Positions 23,455-38,400 of a stretch of 64,000 nucleotides of DNA are shown in pieces. The notes beneath the pieces are model-generated. The model saw only the letters and a list, made by a program, of their open reading frames with translations. It was not told where the DNA came from and did not search any database. The stretch comes from Macrostomum hystrix (taxonomy: Eukaryota > Animalia > Platyhelminthes), in NCBI GenBank assembly GCA_950097015.1, contig CATNEN010000041.1:2480001-2544000 (forward strand), in the 5' to 3' direction. Made by a program: the position numbers and the translations under genes. Each line of letters starts with the position of its first letter. Positions within the stretch are counted from its first letter, which is position 1.

Positions 23455-26400
23455 GACACCGTACTATCAGAACTGTTGTTTTACTTCAGCATGCAGATAT
23501 AATTAACAAATTTAAATACAGTTAATTTGTTTTTCTCACAGGTACATTTGAGCTACGAGTGCAAATATTAAGTCGCAGCCTTTTAATTAGCCTAGTATTT
23601 TTGTTTTGGAATGGGCTGCTTGCTTGTAGCATGTTTATGTTTCCTCGGAGCCTGATTTGCCTATTCTGTGCGAGAGGCAGCTATTGCTTGTTTAGAAGCA
23701 ACACGCTTTCCCCAATTAGTTATCCTACTCCAGTTCTCCTCAAAATGATTCCCAATTCCCAGTCTTCCCTTTGTCCCGCCAACGCAGTGCCTGATCGACG
23801 CGCCCTTCCCAATCCTGACGGAGTCGATCTTGCTGCGCCAGCAGGGCCCGCGCCGCACCACCTCGGAGCCGCTGGCCCTGCTCACCATGCCGCCGCGAGG
23901 CTCAGCCGCCGCCCCGATGGCCAACAGCGTCTCCGACGCCGCTTCCGACATCGCCGCCGAGTTTTCAGCCGCCGCCTCCACGCTTGACGATACGCCGTCA
24001 TCCAACGCTGCAATCAACGCCGCCGTAGCCGCCGCAGCCGCCGTCGTCGCTGCCGCGTCCGCCGCCTCGCCGCAGCCGCCGCCTCCACCTCCGCCGCCGC
24101 CGCCAGCCAGGGCGCCATCGCTGGAGAGCTCCACGTTGCGGCACGAGGCCAAGCTGACGTGGCTGCTGTACACCCTGAGCGACCCACTCGTGAAGCTCTT
24201 CCACCGCCTGCGCCAGTTCCTCATGGGAGCCAGCTACATCCTCACCCTGGTCAGCATGATGGCCTGGAGCGTCACGTACGTGTCCTTCTGCACCCTGCCA
24301 TTCCTGTTGCTCTCCTGCCTGCTCTGGCTGTCTCCCGGCACCCGGCGTTTCACGCTCGGCCTGTCGCCACTGCTGGTCGTGTACTCCACCGGCCTGCTGC
24401 TAGCCAATTACGCCTTCAACTTCAACCTGCCTGAGGTCTACCTGGCCAGCAAGAACGAGTCCTCCTTTGCGCAAATCGGACTACAGGTGCGGCTCCACCA
24501 CACTGCCTACTGCCTAACTGTCTACCAATGCTCTACCCCATTGTCTACTCGTGCTCTACCCAACTGTCTACCATGGCCCTACCCCAATATCTACCACGGC
24601 CCTACTCCACTGTCTACCATGGCTCTACCCCACTGTCTACCATGGCTCTACCCCACTGTCTACCATGGCTCTACCCCACTGTCTACCATGGCTCTACCCC
24701 ACTGTCTACCATGGCTCTACCCCACTGTCTACCATGGCTCTACCCCACTGTCTACCATGGCTCTACCCCACTGTCTACCATGGCTCTACCCCACTGTCTA
24801 CCATGGCTCTACCCCACTCCGCCAGGTGTACGAGGCGCCTATGGTGACCTTTGCTGCCCAGCTCACATTCTGCTGCGTGTTCTACTTCACCCTGTGGACA
24901 TTTCTGTCCGAGCGGCGCCAGGGCGTCAGCCACGACACCCGGGCTGCGCTGGAGCTCTACCACCTGCGCGGACACTTGCTGAACCGGCGTCGGCGCAAGA
25001 CCATGGAGACCCTCATCATTGAGGTCATGTCCAAGTACTCGCTCATCATCTGCTGCACCTTCTGGGTGCTCATGTGCTCCCGCTCCGTGGTCAACATCTC
25101 CCACATCATCGTCATGGCCATCTTCCTTTACTTCATCATCACCTTCAGAGTGAGTTTTCGTTCAGGCTTGCAGAGCTTAGGCCGTCCTGAATATGAAGGG
25201 GCAGCCAAACCTGAAGTAGGAGGGGTAGCCAAACATCAGTAGGAGGGGTAGCAAAACCTGAAGTCGGAGGGGTAGCTAAGCCTGAAGTAGGAGGGGTAGC
25301 CAAACCTGAAGTCGGAGGGGTAGCTAAGCCTGAAGTAGGAGGGGTAGCCAAACCCGAAGTCGGAGGGGCAGCCAAACCTGAAGTAGGAGGGGTAGCCAAA
25401 CCTGAAGTAGGAGGGGTAGCCAAACCTGAAGTCGGAGGGGTAGCCAAACCTCAGTAGGAGGGGTAGCCAAACCTCAGTAGGAGGGGTAGCCAAACCTGAA
25501 GTCGGAGGGGTAGCCAAACCTGAAGTCGGAGGGGTAGCCAAACCTGAAGTCGGAGGGGTAGCCAAACCTGAAGTAGGAGAACTCTAGTCAGACTTAAAAG
25601 CAAACTTTTGCTGCTCACTAGCCTATTGATACCTGGCTCCCATCCGGTCCAAAGACTTAGCTGCCGACTGTCCTGCATTTCAGCTGTTCTATTCGTTCTG
25701 GCGACGGCAGCTGATCTTCTGCTTCTGGGGCATCATGCTGTACTCCATGCTGACCCTGCTGCTCATATATGCCTACCAGTTTCAGAGTGTGCCAGATTTC
25801 ATTCATCGACTCACTAAAATTGAGTCGGCCACGTAAGTTGCGCTTCTCTAGCGTGCGTTCTAAAATTTCTCCAAAGCCCTTTCTGATTGGTTGTATGCCC
25901 CAGAGCCCCGTCTGATTGGTTGTTTGCCCCAGAGGCCTGTCTGATTGGTTGTATGCCCCAGAGCCCCGTCTGATTGGTTGTTTGCCACAGAGGCCTGTCT
26001 GAATGGTTGTATGCCCCAGAGCCCCGTCTGATTGGTTGTTTGCCCCAGAGGCCTGTCTGATTGGTTGTTTGCCCCAGAGTCCTGTCTGATTGGTTGTTTG
26101 CCCCAGAGGCCTGTCTGATTGGTTGTATGCCCAGAGCCCCGTCTGATTGGTTGTTTGCCCCAGAGGCCTGTCTGATTGGTTGTTTGCCCCAGAGGCCTGT
26201 CTGATTGGTTGTATGCCCCAGAGCCCCGTCTGATTGGTTGTTTGCCCCAGAGGCCTGTCTGATTGGTTGTATGCCCTAGAGCCCCGTCTGATTGGTTGTT
26301 TGCCCCAGAGGCCTGTCTGATTGGTTGTTTGCCCCAGAGGCCTGTCTGATTGGTTGTATGCCCTAGAGCCCCGTCTGATTGGTTGTTTGCCCCAGAGGCC

Positions 26401-29400
26401 TGTCTGATTGGTCGTTTGCCCCAGAGGCCTGTCTGATTGGTTGTATGCCCTAGAGCCCCGTCTGATTGGTTGTTTGCCCCAGAGGCCTGTCTGATTGGTT
26501 GTTTACCCGAGAGCCCTGTCTGATTGGTTGTCTGCTCGAGAGCCCTGTCTGATTGGTTGTCTGCCCGAGAGGCCTGCCTGATTGGTTACTTGAGTGCCTG
26601 TTGAGCTTCTAAGAAAAATATTTGAATCGTGGCCACCCGCAGGCTGAAAGAGATCGGCATCGAGAAATACGAAACCCCGCAGCTGTTCCTCAACCTGCTG
26701 TTCCCAACGTCCTTTATCATTGTGATCATGATCCACGTGAAGAACTTCCACAAGACCTTCCTGCAGCTGTCCAACCTGCAGCCGAACCTGGACCCGTCCG
26801 CCACGGAGCAGCCGGTGCAGCAGCCGCAGTCCGCGCCAATGGCCAGCAGCTCCATCGAGCGTCCATTCGAAATCGACGTCGAATTGACGGCTCCGGCATT
26901 AAGCGACTCAGAAATTGATGACGACTTGGCAGATCCGGCGGCAGCTGCTGCGGCAACCGGAGTGTCCGCGGCCAGCGGCGGCGGCGGCGGAGCCGGCAAG
27001 CGGGGCACCTTCAATGCCAAGACGGCTGCTATTAGAAGGAGTGAGTGGGTAGTGGAAGTTCGGTTCTGAGAACTGTCCCAACTGTACAAGTCTCAGGTCT
27101 GAGAAGTATCTAAACTGTACAAGTCTCAGGTCTGAGAAGTATCTAAACTGTACAAGTCTAAGGTCCGAGAAGTATCTAAACTGTACAAGTCTAAGGTCTG
27201 AGAAGTATCTAAACTGTACAAGTCTAAGGTCCGAGAAGTATCTAAACTGTACAAGTCTAAGGTCTGAGAAGTATCTAAACTGTACAAGTCTAAGGTCTGA
27301 GAAGTATCTAAACTGTACAAGTCTAAGGTCCGAGAAGTATCTAAACTGTACAAGTCTCAGGTCTGAGAAGTATCTAAACTGTACAAGTCTCAGGTCTGAG
27401 AAGTGTCTAAACTGTACAAGTCTCAGGTCTGAGAAGTATCTAAACTGTACAAGTCTCAGGTCTGAGAAGTATCTAAACTGTACAAGTCTCAGGTCTGAGA
27501 AGTATCTAAACTGTACAAGTCTCAGGTCTGAGAAGTATCTAAACTGTACAAGTCTCAGGTCCGAGAAGTATCTAAACTGTACAAGTCTAAGGTCCGAGAA
27601 GTATCTAAACTGTACAAGTCTAAGGTCCGAGAAGTATCTAAACTGTACAAGTCTCATGTCTGAGAAGTATCTAAACTGTACAAGTCTCATGTCCGAGAAG
27701 TATCTAAACTGTACAAGTCTAAGGTCCGAGAAGTATCTAAACTGTACAAGTCTAAGGTCCGAGAAGTATCTAAACTGCACAATTTCCATTCCACACTGTG
27801 ATTCTGTCCTACTCATTCCAGCACTGCTCAAGACTCAGTCCTATGAGAATGCGGTCCTACGCCAGACCAAAAGTAAAAATATTCGCTGTGCCATGCTGAT
27901 CTACGAAGTAGCCTAGCTGTTCTGTATTAACCCTGTAACCAGACTAGCCTGTATTTGGTAGCGTGCCTTGGCATGTACGCATGTGTCGTTTCTGTTGTGG
28001 CTTGACTGTGTGACAAATTGGTTTCCAATTGATTGATTGATTAGCAACATCTGATTCTGTTGTGATATTCGCATTTAGCTGTAGTAGAAATGTATTTTTA
28101 TGAATACAAGTATCCACAAGTTGCTATGCTGTTTCATGTCGTTAATTAACATTGTGTTCTTCTGGCCAATGTGGCACGCTAGATGCTGACTAACAAACCT
28201 ATTTAGAGTCACACCGCCTTTCACTATTTATGTGAATATTTTTTCAACTGTTGGTGCTGTCACTGTCAGTCTGTAATGCTCCTGCTGCTGGGCGAAAGCT
28301 TTTTTAAGTATTTGTTTGTATCTTGCTTCGCTTGGCATGAGCGGTTGGATGAGATAGAGTGGGAAATCCGCTGAGAGATCTTGGAATCCGCTTAGAGATC
28401 TTGGAATCCGCTTAGAGATATTGGAATCCGCTTAGAGATCTTGGAATCCGCTTAGAGATCTTGGAATCCGCTGAGAGATATTGGAATCCGCTGAGAGATC
28501 TTGGAATCCGCTGAGAGATCTTGGAATCCGCTTAGAGATCTTGGAATCCGCTGAGAGATCTTGGAATCCGCTTAGAGATCTTGGAATCCGCTTAGAGATC
28601 TTGGAATCCGCTTAGAGATATTGGAATCCGCTTAGAGATCTTGGAATCCGCTTAGAGATCTTGGAATCCGCTTAGAGATCTTGGAATCCGCTTAGAGATC
28701 TTGGAATCCGCTTAGAGATCTTGGAATCCGCTGAGAGATCTTGGAATCCGCTTAGAGATCTTGGAATCCGCTGAGAGATATTGGAATCCGCTGAGGGATT
28801 TTGGAATTGGTAACTTAGGGATAAAGGAATCGGCTGAGGGATATGGGAATCGGCTCATGGATATGGAATCAGCTGAGTGGCATGGAATCAGCTGAAGGAT
28901 AATAGGAATCGACTGAGGGATATAGTAATCTGCTCAGTGGGCCAAGTAACCAAAGACTTGTCGGGAATCGGCTGAGACAGCTCACAGTCCCCTGTTTCTT
29001 CCGCCCGGCAGTGATCCGCAAGGACCTGAACGCGCTAATCGTGAAGGCCAATGCGCTCTACTCGCTCTATTCGAAGAAGTTCTCGCCGACCCTGTGGCGC
29101 TTCCTGGAGGTGCACTGGCACAAGGCGGTCGGCATGGTGATTGTGTGCACCGCCACCGGCCCCACCGATGCTGGGAACGTGCGTTGCCTTCCTGCATTTT
29201 TATTCGCAAGATTTCTATCCAACTGCCTTTGTCAGTCAATCAGAGAACTCGATTCAGACACCCACCCCAATCCCTAACATTGACAGTTCGAGGCGGCCAA
29301 CTTCATCTACATCGCCCTGCTGCCGCTCTACCTCGCCGCGCCGGACTTTGTCTCCGTGTTGTACTTGTTCTGGAGCGCCTTCCTCATCCTGGGCAAGATG

Positions 29401-32400
29401 ATCTACCAGCTCGGCCTCGTGCACACCGCCATCGACCGGCTGGTCGTCACCAACTGCACCGTGAGCTGATCTGCCTGAGCTGCCTTTAAAATCCTACCCT
29501 GCAGCTGGAAACACCCTCAGTCCCATCTGACACCTCCTACCCTGCAGCTGGAAACACCCTCAGTCCCATCTGACACCTCCTACCCTGCAGCTGGAAACAC
29601 CCTCAGTCCCATCTGACACCTCCTACCCTGCAGCTGGAAACACCCTCAGTCCCATCTGACACCTCCTACCCTGCAGCTGGAAACACCCTCAGTCCCATCT
29701 GACACCTCCTACCCTGCAGCTGGAAACACCTTCAGTCCCATCTGACACCTCCTACCCTTCAGCTGGAAACACCGTCAGTCCCATCTGACACCTCCTACCC
29801 TTCAGCTGGAAACACCTTCAGTCCCATCTGACACCTCCTACCCTTCAGCTGGAAACACCTTCAGTCCCATCTGACACCTCCTACCCTTCAGCTGGAAACA
29901 CCTTCAGTCCCATCTGACACCTCCTACCTCCTACATCTGACGCAGCTGAATTCAGCTGGAAACACCTTCAGTCCCATCTGACACCTCCTACCCTTCAGCT
30001 GGAAACACCCTCTGTCCCTTCAGCTCCTACCCTGCAGCTGGAAACACCCTCTGTCCCACCTGACACCTCCTACCCTTCAGCTGGAAACACCCTCTGTCCC
30101 TTCAGCTCCTACCCTGCAGCTGGAAACACCCTCTGTCCCACCTGACACCTCCTACCCTTCAGCTGGAAACACCCTCTGTCCCATCAGCTCCTACCCTGCA
30201 GCTGGAAACACCGTCAGTCCCATCTGACACCTCCTACCCTGCAGCTGGATCCTGAATCCACTGACACCTCAGTCGGACCTGACATCTCCCAAGTCTGACC
30301 CCTGATTCCCCTGACACCTTCAGTCGGACCTGACGCCGCCAGAGAAGGACTCAAACGCCACCTACCTGCCGACCCGCATGGACAACAACGCCAAGTACTT
30401 CGGCTTCTTCGTCACGGCTGACGGCGCCTTTTTCTCGTACATCATCCAGTACATGGCCATTGTGGTGTGCCTGGCCTTCCAGCACATAATCTCGCTGCAC
30501 CAGCGCAAGTACTACCTCAGCAACCCGCGCCCCATGCCCGGCATTGTGTTCCCCAACTTTGCCTTTGCCGACTTTGAGAAATTCTACCGGGCCCGCGTGA
30601 TCGCCACCAGCTCCGACTCGTCCACTGGCCTAGTTGGCACCCTGCTGAAACTGCTGGCCAACTTTGGCTGCTACAAGTTCGGCCTGGAGCTCACCTACAC
30701 GGCCACAGTGGTGGTCTCCTGCCTGCGCCTGGACATGTTCAGCTGCCTGTACATGCTGTTCCTGCTCATCTTCACCTTCATGCAGCGGAGCACAGTGCGC
30801 CGTCTCTGGGTGGCCTTCCGCCTGCTCCTGTGCTGCGCCTTCCTGGCCCAGTTCCTGCTGGCCTGTGGCTACCCGCCCATGCTCTGCCTGGAGTACCCCT
30901 GGTTCCGCAGCGCCCACCGCGCCCAGGCCAGCATTCGCTACGTGCGCACTGACAACTTCCGGCACTGGATGTTCCTGCCGGCCTACAATGCGCCCCCGCT
31001 GGCTCAGAAGCTCATTGGTGAGGCCTCGCTATTTTCTTTCACTTCTAGGATGATTGGGATGCCCGTGCGGCCCTGATATTTTCACTTGCTTCTCTCTTTT
31101 AGGCCCATATGAGATTTTCCCTTCTTTCTTGGTTATCCTGAAGTTGCCAATCTATCTCTGTCACTCCGCTCACATCACGCTCTGCTATGCCACTCTAAAA
31201 TTTTCACTCTCTACTATGTCACTCTGAAGTCTTCACTCTGCTATGTTTACTCTAAAAGCATCGCTCTCTGCTATGTCACTAAAATGTCATAGTAGTGACC
31301 ATGTTACTTCATTCAGAGTCACTCTAAAATCGTCACTCTTATCTGGCTCACTGTGCTGAATGAATTTCACACCCAGGTCACTCTTATCTGGCTCACTGTG
31401 CTGAATGAATTTCACACCCAGATCACTCTCATTCACTATTTCTCGTGGATTCGAACCCTCGCCCACTCCCGCCCTGTCCACCCACAGCCGACTACTTCCT
31501 GCTAGTCCTCGTTGCCTGCCAGCACCGCGTGTTCAAAGCGGAGGTGTACAACGGCGGTCCCGGCTACGACAGCTCCAACGACCCCGTGTGGCGCGACGTG
31601 GCACCGATGCTGCGCCTGCGCAACTCCTTCATGAACTCAAAGTGAGCAGCCGGAATAAGCACACATTCGATTCCTGAGCTTGTTTTGAAAAAAATCGTTA
31701 ATCCCTAAACTTCAGGTCGGCGGATTTGTTAATCCTTCTGTTCCGCCTAATCTTCTCCTGGATCTTCTGGGCCTGCCCCTTCCTTCTGCTGATCCTGGGC
31801 TTTCTGTCCTTCAACATGTTCTCCTTCCTGTACATCCTGACCGCCTTCTACTTCATCGGCAAGGGCCACCGCTTCCTGCTGCAGCAGCGCAAGAAGGTCA
31901 TCCAGCTGTGGAACGCGGCCCTCGGCCTCAACGTGTTCGTGGTGCTGTGCAAGTGCCTGCTGCAGATCATTGGCTGCTCGTTCCCAAACCGCAGCATCTC
32001 GGACTGGAAGCACCAGGTGTTCGGCATCCAGTGCCTCAACATGAAGGCCTTCACCGAGTATGCCATCGACAACTCCTGGGACAGCTCCGTGAACAATCCG
32101 GGTGAGTTCTGGCGCCCGGGCTCTGAGATTGCGTTGGGATCTGCTGTGGGTTCATTGGGATCTGCTGTGGGGTTTCATTGGGATCTGCTGTGGGGTTTCA
32201 TTGGGATCTGCTGTGGGTTCATTGGGATCTGCTGTGGGGTTTTATTGGGATCTGCTGTGGGGTTTTATTGGGATCTGCTGTGGGTTCATTGGGATCTGCT
32301 GTGGGGTTTTATTGGGATCTGCTGTGGGTTCATTGGGATCTGCTGTGGGGTTTTATTGGGATCTGCTGTGGGGTTTCATTGGGATCTGCTGTGGGGTTTT

Positions 32401-35400
32401 ATTGGGATCTGCTGTGGGGTTTCATTGGGATCTGCTGTGGGTTCATTGGGATCTGCTGTGGGGTTTTATTGGGATCTGCTGTGGGGTTTCATTGGGATCT
32501 GCTGTGGGGTTTCATTGGGATCTGCTGTGGGGTTTCATTGGGATCTGCTGTGGGTTCATTGGGATCTGCTGTGGGGTTTCATTGTGATCTGCTGTGGGTT
32601 CACTGGGATCTGCTGTGGGGTTTCACTGGGATCTGCTGTGGGGTTTCATTGGGATCTGCTGTGGGGTTTCATTGGGATCTGCTGTGGGGTTTTATTATAC
32701 TTTGTTGGGACGTTACTGGACACTATATCTTGGGCTAGGCAATTTGAGTATGAGCTGATCGGTCTGATCACAGTTTGAGCACACTGCAGCCAACCCACTC
32801 CGCATCATACAGGCATTGTGATGGACATGGTCTGCTTCATCTTCATGATAGTGCAGAAGCGGGTCTTCCTCACCACCTACTTCACCGAGGTGCGGCTGGA
32901 CACGGAGATCCAGAACTCCTTCACCTCCAAGGGCGCGCGCATTATCACGCTGTCGCTGAAGCGCCAGAAGGAGCAGAACCAGGCCGAGGAGCTCAACGAG
33001 GTCAAGTACATCCGGCGAAAGGTAGAGAATCTCAAATCTCGCAAGCGGCAGAAACGAGAGCTGACAGAGCATTTTCAGGTACCGACAACTTGGGGGCTGA
33101 CAGGGATCTCTCCCGTGTCTCATCTCTCCTGTGTCTCATCTCTACCGTGTCTCATCTCTACCGTGTCTCATCCCTCCTGTGTCTCATCTCTCCTGTGTCT
33201 CATCTCTCCCGTGTCTATCTCTACCGTGTCTCATCTCTCCTGTGTCTATCTCTCCCGTGTCTATCTCTACCGTGTCTCATCTCTCCTGTGTCTCATCTCT
33301 CCTGTGTCTCATCTCTCCCGTGTCTATCTCTCCCGTGTCTCATCTCTCCCGTGTCTATCTCTCCCGTGTCTATCTCTACCGTGTCTCATCTCTCCTGTGT
33401 CTCATCTCTCCTGTGTCTCATCTCTCCCGTGTCTATCTCTCCCGTGTCTATCTCTCCCGTGTCTCATCTCTCCCGTGTCTCATCTCTCCCGTGTCTCATC
33501 TCTCCCGTGTCTCATCTCTCCCGTGTCTCATCTCTCTCGTGTCTCTCATCTCTTGAGTTTTTCTTCGCTTGAGTTTCTCATCGCTTGAGTGTCTCATCTC
33601 TCCAGTGTCTCATCTCTAGTGTATTATCTCTCGTGTCCCATCACGTTGTGTCTCATGTCCATTGTGCCCCATATCAGCCAAGTTAAGCCAGCTCAAGCAA
33701 CGGGATGAATTGCTTTCTTCCCCAGGCCATCCGGTCCGGCACTCGCGACCTCTTCTACACGGTGGATGCCGACGGCAACAAGGTTTTGACCATAGACGAA
33801 TCCGCGGAGGACGAGCCGGATCCTCACTGGCAGCCGACCGCCGCCGAGAACCTCATCGAGCAGGGCCTGCTGAAGGCCACCGAGTTCGCGCAGAAGCCCG
33901 GCGAGATGATTCGCAAGACCATCAACACGCTGGGCCAGCGGCGCTACTCCCGCTCCGTGTCCATCAACGAGGATGAGCTCAAGCGGCTTGTGGCTGGCTC
34001 CACGCCCACGGCAGGCGCCGCCGCGGCAGCCGCCACCGCCTCCTCCGTCCTGTCTGGCGAAGAGCGCCAGTCACTGCTGCTTGCCGGGCCGACAATTCCC
34101 GAGGAGCTGGAGCTGGTGGTCGCCGCGGCAGCCGCTGCCGCCGCTGTCGCTGACGAGGCAGACGCTGCGACCGGCCTGACTGACCGGCCCATGCAGCTGC
34201 AGCTTCAAAACAGCCTTATCGAGGTGCCTCCGCCTCCAACCACGCCGGTGCTGAGTCCTAGCAGCACGCTGGTGGACCTCAACGAGGCGCTGCTCATGCG
34301 GAGTATTGGCAGCGACTATCGTCAGGTGAGCTCAGCAACGGTTCCCCTTGTACCTGCACATTCTTTCAATTTGTCTGATGATTCTCGGGTCTACTCAGAT
34401 CGGTGGTCTCTGTGGTTTCCTTGCAGTCTCCGGCGCCCACGGACTATCAGCGGCCTCCGCTGCAGCAGCATCTGCAGTCACCCGCTCAGCAGAAGCAGCT
34501 CCTGGTTCAACAGCAGCAGCAGCAGCAGCATCCGCCACCGCCGCCGGTTCGCGGCCTCGGCGACGTCGGCGATGGTAGCATCGGCCGGGGCCACCGCACC
34601 GCGGCCGGCTTCCATCCGGCCACTGCGACCGCCGTCCAGCTGTGCGAAGCCGGCCTGGCGATGCCGGGGGCGATCGGCGACTTCCATGACGATCGCGACT
34701 ACGATGCCGAGGAGCTGGAGGATGAGGAGGGCGCGGAGGCCGAGGGCCCGACGTCGCGCACCTGGAGCCTGGTCTGGTTCGTGGTCTCCGCGCTGGGCCG
34801 CAACCTGCTGGCCCTGCTGCGAGTCATCTGTCGCCTGCTGGACCGTGCCACCGCTGACTACCGCAAGATCAAGGACGAGATGATGCAGAGCAAGCTGGAC
34901 GCCAAGGACGAGCGCCTGGGCGAGTCGGTCGTGGACTCCCAGGGCTTCGGTGAGCTGAACATCCGGCCCTACCCGGAGGAGTGCATTCAAGATGATGACA
35001 CCTCGAGCGACGTGCCACTGGAGTCGCTGCCAGAGCCGCAGACTTTGGGCCAGGCGGCTGGCCAGCTGCTGCTGCTGCTGCAGTACCTGCTGTTCTCCCG
35101 CCTGACTCCGCTGTGCTACCTTGCCATGGTAACCTATCACCTGGTGAACTGCACCGTGTTCTCGCTGTCCTACCCGCTTGTGGTGTTCATGTGGGGCATG
35201 CTGTCCGTGCCCTTCCCCACCAAGCGCTTCTGGCTGTCCGCGATCGCCTACACCATGCTACTCATAGTAATCAAGTACGCGCTGCAGTTTACCGTCATCA
35301 AGAAGGAGCTCATCAGGGAGCTCCCGCACCGGAACCTTTCTTCACACGAGAAGTTCGCCGAGTGGTTCGCTAAGGAAATCGGCGCCACCAGCGACTATTC

Positions 35401-38400
35401 CACTCCGGTGGCTGAGATCATCATTCTGGGCCTGCTGTTCCTGCAGCGGAGCAGCCTGAAGCGCTACGGCCTCTGGGACATCTCCAGGCAGCACACCACC
35501 GCCATGTTCTACCCCGGAGCTGAGCGGCACCGGGCCTGTGAGTCCGGCCCGTCCTGCGGCATGGAGCCGGGTTGATTGCGGATAGGGGATTTTAGGGGAT
35601 GAGGATTTGACCGATTGAGTCAGATGGGGATTTGACCGATTGAGTCAGATGAGGATTTGAACGATTGAGTCCATTGGAGATTTGACCGATTGAGTCAGTT
35701 GGAGATTTGACCGATTGAGTCAGTTGGAGATTTGATCGATTGAGTCAGTTGGAGATTTGACCGATTGAGTCAGTTGGAGATTTGATCGATTGATTCAGTT
35801 GGAGATTTGACCGATTGAGTCAGTTGGAGATTTGATCGATTGAGTCAGATGGAGATTTGACCGATTGAGTCAGATGAGGATTTGAACGATTGAGTCCATT
35901 GGAGATTTGACCGATTGAGTCAGTTGGAGATTTGATCGATTGAGTCAGTTGGAGATTTGACCGATTGAGTCAGTTGGAGATTTGATCGATTGATTCAGTT
36001 GGAGATTTGACCGATTGAGTCAGTTGGAGATTTGATCGATTGAGTCAGATGGAGATTTGACCGATTGAGTCAGATGGAGATTTGACCGATTGAGTCAGTT
36101 GGAGATTTTACCGATTGAGTCAGATGGAGATTTGACCGATTGAGTCAGATGGAGATTTGACCGATTGAGTCAGTTGGAGATTTTACCGATTGAGTCAGAT
36201 GGAGATTTTACCGATTGAGTCAGTTGGAGATTTGACCGATTGAGTCAGATGGAGATTTGACCGATTGAGTCAGTTGGAGATTTTACCGATTGAGTCAGAT
36301 GGAGATTTTACCGATTGAGTCAGATGGAGATTTGACCTATTGAGTCAGATGGTGATTGGACCGATTGAGTCAGATGGGAATTTGATGGGATGAGTCAGTT
36401 GGGGATTTGACCGATAGAGTCAGATGGTGATTGGACCGATTGAGTCAGATGGGAATTTGATGCGATGAGTCAGTTGGGGATTTGATGGGATGAGTCAGTT
36501 GGGGATTTGATAGGATGAGTCAGTTGGGAATTTGATGGGATGAGTCAGTTGGGAATTTGATGGGATGAGTCAGTTGGGGATTTGATGGGATGAGTCAGTT
36601 GGGAATTTGATGGGATGAGTCAGTTGGGGATTTGATGGGATGAGTCAGTTGGGATGAGTCAGTTGGGGATTTGATGGGATGAGTCAGTTGGGAATTTGAT
36701 GGGATGAGTCAGTTGGGAATTTGATGGGATGAGTCAGTTGGGAATTTGATGGGATGAGTCAGTTGGGGATTTGATGGGATGAGTCAGTTGGGAATTTGAT
36801 GGGATGAGTCAGTTGGGAATTTGATGGGATGAGTCAGTTGGGGATTTGATGGGATGAGTCAGATGGTGATTGGACCGATTGAGTCAGTTGGGGATTTGAT
36901 GGGATGAGTCAGTTGGGGATTTGATGGGATGAGTCAGTTGAGAATTTGATGGGATGAGTCAGTTGGGGATTTGATGGGATGAGTCAGTTGGGAATTTGAT
37001 GGGATGAGTCAGTTGGGAATTTGATGGGATGAGTCAGTTGGGGATTTGATGGGATGAGTCAGATGGTGATTGGACCGATTGAGTCAGTTGGGGATTTGAT
37101 GGGATGAGTCAGTTGGGAATTTGATGGGATGAGTCAGTTGGGGATTTGATGGGATGAGTCAGTTGGGGATTTGATGGGATGAGTCAGTTGGGAATTTGAT
37201 GGGATGAGTCAGTTGGGGATTTGATGGGATGAGTCAGTTGGGGATTTGACCGATGTAGAATACGGAGTCATTTGAGTCTATTTCATCTGCTTGAGCCGCA
37301 GCGCCAACCCGTCATTCACGCCGCAGCTCAAGAAACCCGCGGCAGCGTCGGCGGCGGCGCTGCCGAGCCTTCAACGATGTCCAAGGAGGGGGCCGGGAGT
37401 GGCGGCAACTCAGCCAAGGCCCCGGTGGCGGTGCCTGACCCTGACATTGCCCACGGCGGCGTTCGCTATCGGCGCTACCGACCTACAACTGCTCCTGCAC
37501 CGCCGTCTCCATCGCAGTCGCCGTCGGCCCTGCCATCGCCGCTGGCGCCGGAGCTGATTGACGCCGATGTCATCGACGGCATCGGATCGGAGGATGACGA
37601 CCTGGGCCCCTCGAGGCACACGCTGGACACGGTCGCCGTTGATGAGGTGCGGCTACCTGAGCTGCTGGGGTGTGGGAGCTCTGCAGTCAAGAATTTGGGG
37701 CCTTGTTTAGCCTAACCTGACAGCTCATCATGGCGCGATAGATTGCCAGGGGTGTGGTTGAATTAGTTTAAGTAGTCCAGACTGTCATTTGGTTCAGACT
37801 GTCAGGTGGTGCAGACTGTCAGGTGTTGCAGACTGTCAGGTGGTTCAGACTGTCAGGTGGTGCAGAATGTCAGGTGGTGCAGACTGTCAGGTGGTTCAGA
37901 CTGTCAGGTGGTTCAGACTGTCAGGTGGTGCAGAATGTCAGGTGGTGCAGACTGTCAGGTGGTTCAGACTGTCAGGTGGTGCAGACTGTCAGGTGGTTCA
38001 GACTGTCAGGTGGTTCAGACTGTCAGGTGGTTCAGACTGTCAGGTGGTTCAGACTGTCAGGTGGTTCAGACTGTCAGGTGGTTCAGACTGTCAGGTGGTT
38101 CAGACTGTCAGGTGGTTCAGACTGTCAGGTGGTGCAGACTGTCAGGTGGTGCAGACTGTCAGGTGGTGCAGACTGTCAGGTGGTGCAGACTGTCAGGTGG
38201 TTCAGGCTGTCAGGAAGTCACGCGCCTGCCCAGCTGAGCCGTGATTGGATGCCAGCCGCCAACCTCGCACTCCCACCCCATGCCATCCTCAGCGTAGCGG
38301 TCGTCGGTCCGGCGCGAAGTCCTCCTCCTGCCTGCTGAGCTGCCTCACTTGCCATCCGTTCCGCGAGTTCTTCAAGAAGATCGCCGACCCGAACATCTCC

